From positions 1-64,000 of the forward strand of contig JBGSVZ010000047.1 of assembly GCA_041752695.1 (NCBI GenBank): a stretch of 64,000 bases of DNA. The letters run 5' to 3'. The notes under the pieces are model-generated. The model did no database searches. It worked only from the letters and a program-made list of their open reading frames with translations, and was not told where the DNA came from. Positions within the stretch are counted from its first letter, which is position 1, and the number at the start of each line of letters is the position of its first letter. Of this stretch, positions 1 through 9,280 are shown piece after piece. The stretch comes from Terrimicrobiaceae bacterium (GTDB lineage Bacteria > Verrucomicrobiota > Verrucomicrobiia > Chthoniobacterales > Terrimicrobiaceae). Made by a program: the position numbers and the translations under genes.

Positions 1-137
1 TCTCAAAGAACGCGATCTCTCTCCCAAGCGTTACGTCTGGAGAGCGGAGGGACAAGCGATCTTGGAAAAAATCCAGCGAGCCAGAGCTGCAGTCCAGAAG
101 CAGAATATTGTATAGCTATTTCCAAACCAGCACACTA
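1..137 (+). mobile_element. Right end of an IS630-family insertion sequence (partial)
   Basis: Transposase C-terminus followed by ...AAACCAGCACAC|TA(G) at 124-138. IS630 elements typically end ...CAC and duplicate TA within CTAG. Confidence 0.8.
2..115 (+). CDS. IS630-family transposase, C-terminal fragment (5'-partial)
   Basis: Frame from position 2 reads LKERDLSPKRYVWRAEGQAILEKIQRARAAVQKQNIV*, matching the 'PK.yvW.a....IL.Ki.Rar' IS630 C-terminal pattern. Not in the ORF track. Confidence 0.8.
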   Translation, partial: LKERDLSPKRYVWRAEGQAILEKIQRARAAVQKQNIV

Positions 138-268
138 GCGAGGAGGCTGCCGAAACCCATGTAGGCGGAGACCGGCATGCTTGCGTTGGCCGCGCGGCTT
201 TGCAGTACGGTGAGGCCGGCCCAGAGCACGCCCGTGGTGAGAGACAGGAGGAAAAATGGACTCATCAT
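136..268 (-). pseudogene. 5' fragment of a membrane protein (EamA/DMT-like) interrupted by IS630
   Basis: Hydrophobic N-terminus MMSPFFLLSLTTGVLWAGLTVLQSRAANASMPVSAYMGFGSLL runs into the IS end at CTAG and stops shortly inside the IS. Confidence 0.6.
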
Positions 269-356
269 GCCGAAATTGCGCGCGCCTGGCGGCAGGTCTT
301 TGACCGGGCAAATGCGGTGTGCGGAGGGGCCTGATTCAAGGTAAACACGGGACGGA

Positions 357-2189
357 TTAGGGAATCTCAGGCCAGGTGGTCGCGGCGGCACCGCGCGGGA
401 TGAGATGGGTGACGTAGGTGCGCTCGGCCTCGCCGCCTGAATCCGCAAAACGGAGACGCGTGGAGGAGCGGGCGACGTCCAGTTTTTCGGAGATGCGGCC
501 GGGATGTGCGGTTAGCGCGAGGGCGGGGTCGCCGATAACGCGGAGGTTGGCGACGCCGGGATCACGGGTTTCGGCGGTGGCGGCGTCGAGGTGGACGGCG
601 GTGGAGTCGAGGTGAAACCAGAGTTGCACAGTCTGCGCGGGTGCGAGGCCGGTGAAGGTGTCGGTGACCACAAGCGCGCAAGGGTCCTCAAGGAGCACAA
701 GGGTGCGGCGGTGGACGACGGGGGTGAAGTTGTGGTGCTCGCTGGCGGCGGTCTGCCAGCCCGGGCCAGTGGCGACTCGGGTGACATGGCCGGGGTGCTG
801 GGGACCGAATTCCCAGGTGGAGACGTAGGCGTGGGGATCGCGGTCGTCGAGGGTGACGGTGTTGTGGTAGGCGGCGGACTTGAAGGTGTAGCGGTCGGGG
901 ATCTCGTTGTAGGTAAAGCGGCCGGGGTCGGCGGCGAGCACGCGTCCAAAGGCGAAAAAATCGAACCCCGCGGGATCGAGGTGGGCGTGGCCGTTGTTGG
1001 TCGGCGTATGGCAGGCGAAGAAGACGCTGGCGGCCTCGCGCGTCCAGGCCGTGCGGAGCATGGCTTGGTCGAGTTGGCGTTGGTGGTGAACGCGCGGATA
1101 AGACGGGGTGGAGAGCGAGGAGAGTTGGGCCAGCCAGGCTTCGGGATCGGGAACGTGCCAGAGGGATTCTGCGACGGCAGAGTGCCAGGCGACGGGCGCG
1201 GCGAGGGTTTGGAGGATGGCGATTTCCTCATAAGCGTCGAGCGCGTGCGCGGCGAGGAGGGCGGCCTCGAGCGGGATGTGGCTGGTGGCGTCACTGTCGC
1301 CCCAGGGGACGTTGACGGCATCGGGGCGCGCGCTGTGCAGGGTGTAGGCGAGGGCGCAGCGGAGTCGGGCGGTGTGGGCTTCCGACCAGGCCAGACCGTG
1401 GGCGCGGCCGAGAAGGGTGCAGAGGGCGAGGCTGCGGAGGGTGATGTTGTGGTAGTGGGGGCAGCCCTCGATCTGACCTCCGTCCGGGGTGATCTGGTTC
1501 TCGATGCAGCGACCGAGCTCATGCCAGGCTTGGTCACGCCAGGCTGGTGATGCGGGCCAGTGCGGGAAGAGAAGGGCGATGCGGAGGAGCCCGGCGTTTT
1601 CCGAGAGGTAGTGGTTGTGATCGGCGAGAGGCCAGAGTCGCGGAGAGATGGCGGCGAGCACGCGGGCATGGTCGTGGAAGCTGGCCTCGATGCGGGCGCG
1701 AAGGCCAGAGGTGAGATCGGAATGATCATGGAGGGCTTCCCAGGCATCAGCCCACGGACGTTCGCCCCGCAGCCCCACTTCCAGCGTGCGCCAAGGGGTG
1801 TGCGCGCAGAAGGCCGATCGGACGGAGTTTTCGGAGTCATCCCACTCCGGTACGGGGCATTGGGCGATCCAGTCGTCCCACTCGTTGAGCACCTGGAGAG
1901 CGGGGGCTTCTTCGCCTGTGAGAGCATGAGCGCGGAGGAGGCGTGTCCAGTGGTAGTGGCGGTTGAGCTCAAAAATCCATTCAGGGTTTTGTTCCGGAGT
2001 GGGGTTGTCGTGCCAACGTGGAGGTTGGCCCGCCTGGAGGAATTGTCCGTGGCTGCCGGGGAGGACAAACCGACCAAGTCGATTGTGGGGCAAATGGGCG
2101 TGCAGATGGGCCAACGCTTCAGGGGCGAAGTCGGCCCAGAGATGAGCGCGTCCGCGGAAACTCCGGGATTTATGCACGGGATTAATCAT
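357..2189 (-). CDS. Heparinase II/III family polysaccharide lyase
   Basis: Motifs ELNRHYHW, WRTLEVGLR, HNHYLSE, DGGQIEGCPHYH, HAHLD, DPGRFTY, YHNTVTLD. ATG at 2189 overlaps the upstream stop. Confidence 0.85.
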   Translation of the reverse strand: MINPVHKSRSFRGRAHLWADFAPEALAHLHAHLPHNRLGRFVLPGSHGQFLQAGQPPRWHDNPTPEQNPEWIFELNRHYHWTRLLRAHALTGEEAPALQVLNEWDDWIAQCPVPEWDDSENSVRSAFCAHTPWRTLEVGLRGERPWADAWEALHDHSDLTSGLRARIEASFHDHARVLAAISPRLWPLADHNHYLSENAGLLRIALLFPHWPASPAWRDQAWHELGRCIENQITPDGGQIEGCPHYHNITLRSLALCTLLGRAHGLAWSEAHTARLRCALAYTLHSARPDAVNVPWGDSDATSHIPLEAALLAAHALDAYEEIAILQTLAAPVAWHSAVAESLWHVPDPEAWLAQLSSLSTPSYPRVHHQRQLDQAMLRTAWTREAASVFFACHTPTNNGHAHLDPAGFDFFAFGRVLAADPGRFTYNEIPDRYTFKSAAYHNTVTLDDRDPHAYVSTWEFGPQHPGHVTRVATGPGWQTAASEHHNFTPVVHRRTLVLLEDPCALVVTDTFTGLAPAQTVQLWFHLDSTAVHLDAATAETRDPGVANLRVIGDPALALTAHPGRISEKLDVARSSTRLRFADSGGEAERTYVTHLIPRGAAATTWPEIP

Positions 2190-3600
2190 GCAAAGCGATC
2201 TGGAGTTGCCCATACAGTCCCAGAGCGAATTGACCGAGGACGCGGTAGCCACCGCGCTGGAGCGCATCACCTCCCCGGTTCAATTGGGCGACGCCGCCGA
2301 GAAATCCATCGGACGTGAGGTGCCGGGACAAGCCGACTTCAGCGCGGTGGGCGGCACTGAGTGCATCTTTCTCGATCCATCCCGCCTTTGCGCTGATGGC
2401 TAATGCGGTGGCGATGCCCGCCGAGGCCGATGTATCGCTGCCGGCCGCGGGATCATCGAGATACACACTCCACAGACCATCGGCGCGTTGGAGGTCGAGA
2501 ACCCGCGTGGCGTGTTCGCGCAGAATCTCCGCACCGTCCTTCACGAAAGGATGTCCACCCAGAGCCCGCAGCGTTTTGGCCAGACCGAGGAGAAACCACG
2601 CAGTGGCCCGGCCCCAGTGGGGTTGCTCCCCCTTGCCGCCTAGGGGCGCACGCTGGCAGATAACCCCGTTCTTCACCAGATGCCGCATGCGGTGTTGGAT
2701 TTGATGAACGGCGAGATCCGACCAGGTGGGTTCCTTGAAAGCTGAGGCCATGAGGGCCAACGGGTAGGACACCGTATAGACGGCCTCGATGGATATCCAG
2801 GTGACCGGACTCACGAGACCTTCCGCATCAAGTCCACGGTCAATGATGAGCCCGTCCGCCTCGGTGTGTTTATCCAGCCAGCTTCGCAAGACCGCGAAGG
2901 CGGCGTGGTTTGGATTGTGCCGAACCAGCGCGGCGAACATCAGGACAGGCTCCAAGCCGAAGAGTTCATTCCGGCGAGGTTCGCTGTGCGGGCCGACGTA
3001 CTCCAAGCTTCCGTCGTCTTTGAACCAACACGCCAGATGACGCGCCAGCGCCGGACGGTGGGGATCGGCGTCCGCCAAGGCATCGACCACGCAGCCGTGC
3101 AGCCAGTTGAAAGGCTGGAGACAGGCGAGGGTTTCCAGTCGAGGAAGAACAGATTTTGCGGGAGCGGCAACAACTTCAGCCAGATGGGGATTGAACTCCT
3201 CGGGAAAATCTTCCTGGCCGGACTGATCCCAAAAGATCCAGACCGGGGCACCCTCCGCCACACGCAAACGAAATCCCTCCGCTTGCGCGACGCGAAGGGA
3301 TTCGTCCTCCAGGCATGCGGCGAACATTTGAAAGACGCAGCCATAGCGGACATCCAGACTGGCGAGCCAGACCCCGCTCTTCGCCGCTTCCAGCCTCACC
3401 TCCCGCGTCTCGGTCATTTCCTGGGCCAGAGTGATTCGAAGATCACGCCTCCCGCCTGCTGCGAATGGGGGGAATTGCAAGATCAAGCCGTTGGCTGAAT
3501 CGAGTGCGGCGCTGGACCAGCCCAGGGGAACCACTCGCCCCGGTGGAGGCTCTGCCGGGATGAACCGAGCCCCAAGAGAAGATGGATAAACGGACGGCAT
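2182..3600 (-). CDS. Glycoside hydrolase family 88/105 (unsaturated glucuronyl/rhamnogalacturonyl hydrolase-like)
   Basis: WGRATAWFLLGL, LQRADGLW and DTSASAGIA motifs, plus an N-terminal extension. Confidence 0.75.
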   Translation of the reverse strand: MPSVYPSSLGARFIPAEPPPGRVVPLGWSSAALDSANGLILQFPPFAAGGRRDLRITLAQEMTETREVRLEAAKSGVWLASLDVRYGCVFQMFAACLEDESLRVAQAEGFRLRVAEGAPVWIFWDQSGQEDFPEEFNPHLAEVVAAPAKSVLPRLETLACLQPFNWLHGCVVDALADADPHRPALARHLACWFKDDGSLEYVGPHSEPRRNELFGLEPVLMFAALVRHNPNHAAFAVLRSWLDKHTEADGLIIDRGLDAEGLVSPVTWISIEAVYTVSYPLALMASAFKEPTWSDLAVHQIQHRMRHLVKNGVICQRAPLGGKGEQPHWGRATAWFLLGLAKTLRALGGHPFVKDGAEILREHATRVLDLQRADGLWSVYLDDPAAGSDTSASAGIATALAISAKAGWIEKDALSAAHRAEVGLSRHLTSDGFLGGVAQLNRGGDALQRGGYRVLGQFALGLYGQLQIALHD

Positions 3601-3662
3601 CAGGCTAGAACATCTACGGCGAACTGGATCTCAAGCCACTCGCCACAAAGACGAAGCCCGCC

Positions 3663-4472
3663 TTAGGCCCGTGCCCGGCGGCGGATAAAAAGTCCCGCCA
3701 GCATCCCGCCGAGCAACAGCCCGGATGTTGTCGGCTCGGGAACGGCGGCAAAGCTATCAAACTCAACGGTCGTCGTTCCGCTCGTCTGAGGGAGGCGGGC
3801 CCGAATCCCGTAAAAGCCATTGTCATTTAAGTCCGTGGTCGTTGTTGGGCTTGCGATATTGTAGTTGGCCACGGTGGAGGATGAACCAAACTGGGTCGTG
3901 CCGGTGGCATCAAATACACCCAGAGAAAAGTTATACGTGCCGGAACCGAGGCTGGTGACGTCCACCCGGAGAGTGTAGAAGGTCGAACCTGCCGTAAAGG
4001 TGCCCCCGGTCGCCCCGTTAAGATCAACTACCGGGGCGGTGGAAATGACGGTATTCGTGCCGTCAACTTCCGTGATGCTGAGGGTGCCGTTGGTGAGGCT
4101 GTAAGAGGCCGTCAGGTAGGGGGTGGTCGCCGCACCCGCAAATGTCGCGTCCACCCCAAACAGGCCGATTCCGACCGATTGGTTGGCACCTCCGTTCGCC
4201 CCAAGACTCGTCGCCCGGAACACCGTGGAAAGGCTGAAGCTCGTGTCGGCCGCATTTGTGATCTGCGAACTCGAATAAGCCACCGCCGGATTGGCCGAGT
4301 TGTTGGTCGTAACGGAATATCGCAATAGACCGCCGCCCGGTTGGGTGAAGAGACTGGTGTTATCCAATCCGCCGGCACTAAAATCATTGCTGAAGGCAAT
4401 CGTGGCAGCGGGGGACAAAGAGGCGCCGGCGAGAAAACAGGCGGTCGCGAGGGAGGGTAACGAATTTTTCAT
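3663..4472 (-). CDS. PEP-CTERM sorting domain protein
   Basis: Signal peptide, Ser/Thr-rich body, C-terminal VPEPTTSGLLLGGMLAGLFIRRRARA. Confidence 0.9.
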   Translation of the reverse strand: MKNSLPSLATACFLAGASLSPAATIAFSNDFSAGGLDNTSLFTQPGGGLLRYSVTTNNSANPAVAYSSSQITNAADTSFSLSTVFRATSLGANGGANQSVGIGLFGVDATFAGAATTPYLTASYSLTNGTLSITEVDGTNTVISTAPVVDLNGATGGTFTAGSTFYTLRVDVTSLGSGTYNFSLGVFDATGTTQFGSSSTVANYNIASPTTTTDLNDNGFYGIRARLPQTSGTTTVEFDSFAAVPEPTTSGLLLGGMLAGLFIRRRARA

Positions 4473-4542
4473 CGAAATAATCTTAGCAATAGACTGTGCG
4501 ACATTCTAGACGTAAAAGCGTTATAGAGTTCCGTTTTTGCGC

Positions 4543-5706
4543 ATGCTTGTCCGATCCCCCTATAATTTCCGCCGCATCGGTTTGTTGGTCAAACCGGACC
4601 TCGGGGTGCGGAGGGAGATTCTGCGCGGCGTGGCGCAATTCGCGGAGACCGAGCCCCGCTGGGAGTTGGAGCTGCTCTGGAAGGTGACGGAGCTGCGGGA
4701 TTTCCGGCCGGACTCGCATTTTCACGGGCTGATTGCCTGGCCTGAGCATGACCGTGATCCGGCCGTGATTCGATCCTTTGCGGTTCCGACCGTGTGTATG
4801 GGGCATTTTCCCATCGAGGGAGTCTCACGGGTGCTTTACGACAATCGGAGAATCGGCGCGCGGATCGCGGCTTATCTCTTCGAGCGGGGTTTGAAGTATT
4901 TCGCGGCTTACGCGGAAAGGCTTTTTGCCAGCTACTCCCGCGAACGAGTCGAGGGATTCCAAAACGGACTACCCGCGGCCGGTTTGCCTTGTCCGGTGTT
5001 TGACGCCCGCGCGGTGGGGGAAAATCCCGAACGGTGGGAGAAATTGATGCCTGAAGTGGGTGCCTGGCTCCGGGACTTACCCAAGCCGGTGGGAATCCTG
5101 GCGGACTCGGATACTTCCGGATACAATTTGTTGTTGGCTTGCCGGCACTTCGGAGTGCGGGTGCCGGACGAGGTGGCTGTCGTGAGTGTGGGCGCAGATG
5201 ATTTAGTTAGTGCCCTGGCCCAACCGCGCCTGAGCAGTGCGAGCCTGAATGGAATCCGGGCTGGCGTGATGGCCTGCGAGTTATTAAAACGCCTACTGAT
5301 TGGCAGAACGAAACCAAGGAGCGTTTGGATGGACGACCAGCCCATCATCGAACGGGGTAGTTCGAATCTTCTCGCCTTTCACGATCCTGTCGTTGTGCAG
5401 GCCCAGCGTTTCCTGCTGGATCACGCGACGGAGGAAATCCAAATTTCCGACATTGTTCGAGCGGTCGGAGTATCCCGCAGGGCGTTGGAAAAACGCTACA
5501 AGACTGCGGTCGGAAAGACCCTTCATGACACCATCCAGCAATGCCGATTGGAGAAGGCGCAGGAGCTGCTCACTCAAACCCAACTCCCTATCGCGGAGAT
5601 CGCGGAACGCAGCGGCTTTTCCGAAGCCCGCCGCCTCTCAGAAGTTTTCCGGCGGGCTAACGGACAAACACCCCGCCAATACCGAAATACTCACGCGTTC
5701 TTGTAA
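4543..5706 (+). CDS. XylR-type regulator (periplasmic-binding-fold sensor plus AraC HTH)
   Basis: LPKPVGILADSD and RVPDEVAVVSVG in the sensor domain; C-terminal VGVSRRALEKRY and IAEIAERSGF..FRR..GQTPRQYR. Confidence 0.88.
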   Translation: MLVRSPYNFRRIGLLVKPDLGVRREILRGVAQFAETEPRWELELLWKVTELRDFRPDSHFHGLIAWPEHDRDPAVIRSFAVPTVCMGHFPIEGVSRVLYDNRRIGARIAAYLFERGLKYFAAYAERLFASYSRERVEGFQNGLPAAGLPCPVFDARAVGENPERWEKLMPEVGAWLRDLPKPVGILADSDTSGYNLLLACRHFGVRVPDEVAVVSVGADDLVSALAQPRLSSASLNGIRAGVMACELLKRLLIGRTKPRSVWMDDQPIIERGSSNLLAFHDPVVVQAQRFLLDHATEEIQISDIVRAVGVSRRALEKRYKTAVGKTLHDTIQQCRLEKAQELLTQTQLPIAEIAERSGFSEARRLSEVFRRANGQTPRQYRNTHAFL

Positions 5707-5756
5707 CTTTCTGCCGGAGGACTGGAACGATCCCAGCGACCGGAGGTGGGGAACTC

Positions 5757-7766
5757 TTAGCGTTTCACAATGGCGACGCCATAGGGCGGCAGGGCGATTG
5801 TTCCGGCCACGGGACTCTGGCTGAGGAGGTCCACACCATTCAAAAGGGGATCATTCCATTCCTGCGCGATTGCCTGGTGATTTAAGAGAAAAGTGTACCG
5901 TCGCTCCTGCGAATAGCGATCCACGGCCTCGACTCCTGGGGGAACCTCGAGGGGAGGTTTAATGCCGGTTTGACGGGTCAGCAATCGCGTCAGATCCTCA
6001 TAAAATGTAGGTTCCAGCTCGGTGCCCACATACCAGGCTTCCCCTTTGCCAAAGGCATGACGGGTCACGGCGGGAAGTCCTGCATAATACTCGGAATCAA
6101 AGGTGGCCACGGCGGTGGCTCCTTCCGTGCGAATGACTTCCGCCCAGAAAGACGAGGCGTAGCGGGAGGCCAGACCTTCCGTTGCGGAAACGCGAATCAC
6201 GTTATTCCGATCAGCCGGGGGCACCGCCCATTCTTCGACCGTGAGACCGAGCAGGGAACGGAGTGGAGCGGGATAGCCTCCGAGATGCACGCGGTCGTAT
6301 TCATCCACGATGCCACTGAAATACGTCACCACCAGACGGCCTCCCGCCTTCACAAAGCGCGTCAATTGCTCCTCCATCCCGGGCTTCATGAGATAGAGCG
6401 AAGGGACAAAAATTAGCCGGTAATTCGACAAGTCGCTGTCCGCGAAAACAAAGTCCACCGGGATGTTCTGCCGGAGCAGCGGTGTGTAGAGGTTTTCCAC
6501 CGCCCGCTGATATTTGAGCTCATTGTTGGGTTTGCTCGGCAGTTCCAGCGCCCACCAATTTTCGTAATCGAAATAAACTCCCGTCTCCGCCCGGACGCGA
6601 CTGCCGGCGATCTCGCCGAGGCGGGCGAGTTCGCGGCCGAGTTGTTTCGTTTCCTGGAAACAGCGCTGACTCACGGGATCGCCATGGCCGACCATGGAGC
6701 CGTGGAATTTTTCCGCCCCGGCCCGCGCCTGTCGCCATTGGAAAAAGCAAATACCGTCCGCACCACGTGCGATGGAGACGTAACTCCAAAGCCGCATCAG
6801 GCCTGGTGCCTTGGTGGCATTGCGGAAACGCCAGTTCACGTGCGTGGTGACCTGTTCCATGATCAGCCACGGCTTGCCGTCCTTGAACGACCGGGTCATG
6901 TCCGCGTTTTGGGAGAGCGGGCGGGAACTTCCCGTCGGTTCGGGGTAAATGTCCAGACAGGTGAAATCCAGTTCCTTGGCCCATTTCCGATAATCCGTCG
7001 CCTTGAACCACTCCATGAAATTCGTGGTGATCGGTTTGTCCGGCGTGATCTTGCGCAGGATTTGGGCTTCGTTCTGATAACAGGCAATTAACGCGTCACT
7101 GGAGAACCGAAGGAAGTCGAGGCACTGGCCCGGATTTTGGAAAGACGGCGCAGCGCGGGGCGGCAAAATTTCCTCCCAATCATAATAATGCTGGCTCCAA
7201 AAGGCCGTGCCCCAGGCTTCGTTCAGGGTGTCGAGAGAGGGATAACGATTTTGCAACCAGATCCGGAAGGCTGCGGCGGTTTCGTCGCCATAGTCGGCGG
7301 GCACATGGCAGGCGTATTCATTATTGATGTGCCACATGGCCAGTGCCGGGTGGGATTGGTAGCGCTCGGCCAGGGCAGTGACGAGTTCTGCGCAGGCTGC
7401 GCGATAGGCCCGGCTGCTGGGATTGTAGTGCTGACGCGAGCCTTGGGACAGCTGCGTGCCATTGTCTAGGGTGGGCAGGATTTCGGGATGGCGGCGGATC
7501 AACCACGCGGGAGGTGAGGCGGTGGCCGTCGCCAAATCCGCCTGGATCTTGTTGGCCGCCAGCAGGTCCATCAGCCGGTCCAGCCACTCAAAGTGGAAAA
7601 CGCCCGGAGCGCTTTGCAGGCGGGCCCAGGAAAAGATCCCGATGGAGACGAGGTTGACCCCGGCTTCCTTCATCAGCCGCATGTCTTCCGTCCAGACTTC
7701 CTCCGGCCATTGTTCCGGGTTGTAGTCGCCGCCGAAGTAGAGGTGGTTCGAAGGGAGATCTGGCAT
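5757..7766 (-). CDS. Beta-galactosidase, GH42
   Basis: FGGDYNPEQW, WHINNEY, PWLIMEQ, FFQWRQARAGAEKFHG motifs. Confidence 0.93.
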   Translation of the reverse strand: MPDLPSNHLYFGGDYNPEQWPEEVWTEDMRLMKEAGVNLVSIGIFSWARLQSAPGVFHFEWLDRLMDLLAANKIQADLATATASPPAWLIRRHPEILPTLDNGTQLSQGSRQHYNPSSRAYRAACAELVTALAERYQSHPALAMWHINNEYACHVPADYGDETAAAFRIWLQNRYPSLDTLNEAWGTAFWSQHYYDWEEILPPRAAPSFQNPGQCLDFLRFSSDALIACYQNEAQILRKITPDKPITTNFMEWFKATDYRKWAKELDFTCLDIYPEPTGSSRPLSQNADMTRSFKDGKPWLIMEQVTTHVNWRFRNATKAPGLMRLWSYVSIARGADGICFFQWRQARAGAEKFHGSMVGHGDPVSQRCFQETKQLGRELARLGEIAGSRVRAETGVYFDYENWWALELPSKPNNELKYQRAVENLYTPLLRQNIPVDFVFADSDLSNYRLIFVPSLYLMKPGMEEQLTRFVKAGGRLVVTYFSGIVDEYDRVHLGGYPAPLRSLLGLTVEEWAVPPADRNNVIRVSATEGLASRYASSFWAEVIRTEGATAVATFDSEYYAGLPAVTRHAFGKGEAWYVGTELEPTFYEDLTRLLTRQTGIKPPLEVPPGVEAVDRYSQERRYTFLLNHQAIAQEWNDPLLNGVDLLSQSPVAGTIALPPYGVAIVKR

Positions 7767-7826
7767 GAAAGGATCGGGAGGTTGAGGGATAAAACACAAA
7801 GCGGCAAGATGACATCTCCTGTGGCT

Positions 7827-7868
7827 TGCAAGTCCTTGCGGGGCCACTTGGTTCGGCAAGGATTTGCA
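7827..7868. promoter_or_regulatory. Two near-perfect TGCAA-N4-TTGCA operator candidates
   Basis: TGCAAgtccTTGCG (7827-7840) and GGCAAggatTTGCA (7855-7868) lie between the divergent GH42 and CE7 genes. Confidence 0.55.
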
Positions 7869-7914
7869 GCCTTTTGCCATCGCATGAGATTTCAGAAGGG
7901 TTATTTCGGAGACC

Positions 7915-9264
7915 ATGCAGTTTTTGTTTCTTCCCCGTTGTGCCCCGCGTTCTCTGACCAGTTCCTGTCTGGTGTTTTGCCTCACCCTCGGACTGGAGGG
8001 GGCCTTTGCCGCGGAGCAGAAGTTCAAACTCGAAGTCAAACCCGACAAAGCGGACTGGACCTATCAGGTAGGCGAGCCGGTGAAGTTTCATCTGCGCGTC
8101 ACGTCGACGGAACCGGTGACGGAGACCGTCCCAGTCCGGTATCGACTGGGTTCTGAAAAGTTTGAACCGGAAATAGGGGTCAAAGTGGAGGTTCCGCCGG
8201 ATGGGCTGGTGATCGAGGGGGGAACCCTGGAAAAGCCCGGCTTTCTGCGTATTCTGGCCACCGCGCAGATGGGAGGTCAGAAGTTGACCGGCCGCGCCAC
8301 GGCGGCATTTTCTCCCGAACAGATCCAAGCCACCCAGACCGATCCGGTGGATTTTGACGCCTTTTGGGAAGCGGGCAAAGCGGAACTGGCCAAAATCCCG
8401 ATGGACCCGCAACTTACCCCCAAGCCGGAATTGAGCGGGCCGGGATTTGATGCTTATGAGCTGAGTCTGGCGAATTATGATTCGGAGGGAAAGTATCCGC
8501 GTTTTTATGGCATCCTCTGCGTCCCCAAAGGTCCCGGCCCCTTTCCGGCGATCCTGCAGACGCCAGGCGCGGGTGTCCGTGCTTACAAGGGGGAGATCTG
8601 GGTTCCCCGCGACAAATTCATCACCCTGGAGGTCGGGATCCACGGGATTCCGGTGACGGAAAAGGGGGACTATTACAAACAGCAGGCGGAAGGTCCTCTG
8701 GCTGGCTATGAGCGTCGGAATCTGGGCGACCGGGACACTTTCTATTTTCGGAGGGTCATTCTCGGCTGCCAGCGGGCCTTGGAATATCTTATGTCCCATC
8801 CGAAATGGGACGGTAAAAACCTCGTGACGCGGGGAGGAAGCCAGGGCGGTCAGTTGGCGATTATGTCGGCCGCCCTCAATCCGAAAGTGACCGCAGTGGC
8901 GGCGGCGTTCCCTGCATTTTGTGACGTGACCGGGTACCTGCACGGGCGGGCCGGAGGATGGCCCGGAATATTTAATGGCAAGCCGCCGGAAGACCCGGAA
9001 GCCAGAGCAAAATGGGACGCGAAAGTGAAGGTGACCGGGTATTATGATACGGTGAACTTTGCACGACGTCTCAAAGTCCCTGCGTTTTTTGCCCAGGGGT
9101 ATAACGACGACGTCTGCCCGCCCACGGCCTTCTTTGCGATGTATAATACGGTGACTTCGCCGAAGGAGTTGAAAATTTTTCCCCCATCTGGCCATGACCT
9201 CCCGCCCGAGGGATGGGGGACCTACTCGAACTGGACGGTCAAAGCCGCCCAGGCGGCGAAGTAA
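7915..9264 (+). CDS. Acetyl xylan esterase-like (CE7/AXE1), secreted
   Basis: Signal peptide, GGSQGG nucleophile elbow, YYDTVNFARR, GYNDDVCPP, catalytic His in SGH. Confidence 0.88.
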   Translation: MQFLFLPRCAPRSLTSSCLVFCLTLGLEGAFAAEQKFKLEVKPDKADWTYQVGEPVKFHLRVTSTEPVTETVPVRYRLGSEKFEPEIGVKVEVPPDGLVIEGGTLEKPGFLRILATAQMGGQKLTGRATAAFSPEQIQATQTDPVDFDAFWEAGKAELAKIPMDPQLTPKPELSGPGFDAYELSLANYDSEGKYPRFYGILCVPKGPGPFPAILQTPGAGVRAYKGEIWVPRDKFITLEVGIHGIPVTEKGDYYKQQAEGPLAGYERRNLGDRDTFYFRRVILGCQRALEYLMSHPKWDGKNLVTRGGSQGGQLAIMSAALNPKVTAVAAAFPAFCDVTGYLHGRAGGWPGIFNGKPPEDPEARAKWDAKVKVTGYYDTVNFARRLKVPAFFAQGYNDDVCPPTAFFAMYNTVTSPKELKIFPPSGHDLPPEGWGTYSNWTVKAAQAAK

Positions 9265-9280
9265 CTCTGTCGCCGGCGGT

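Noticed and set aside
116..448. 110-aa ORF as an intact gene
   Set aside because: Chimera of upstream sequence, a truncated membrane-protein start and the IS630 end.
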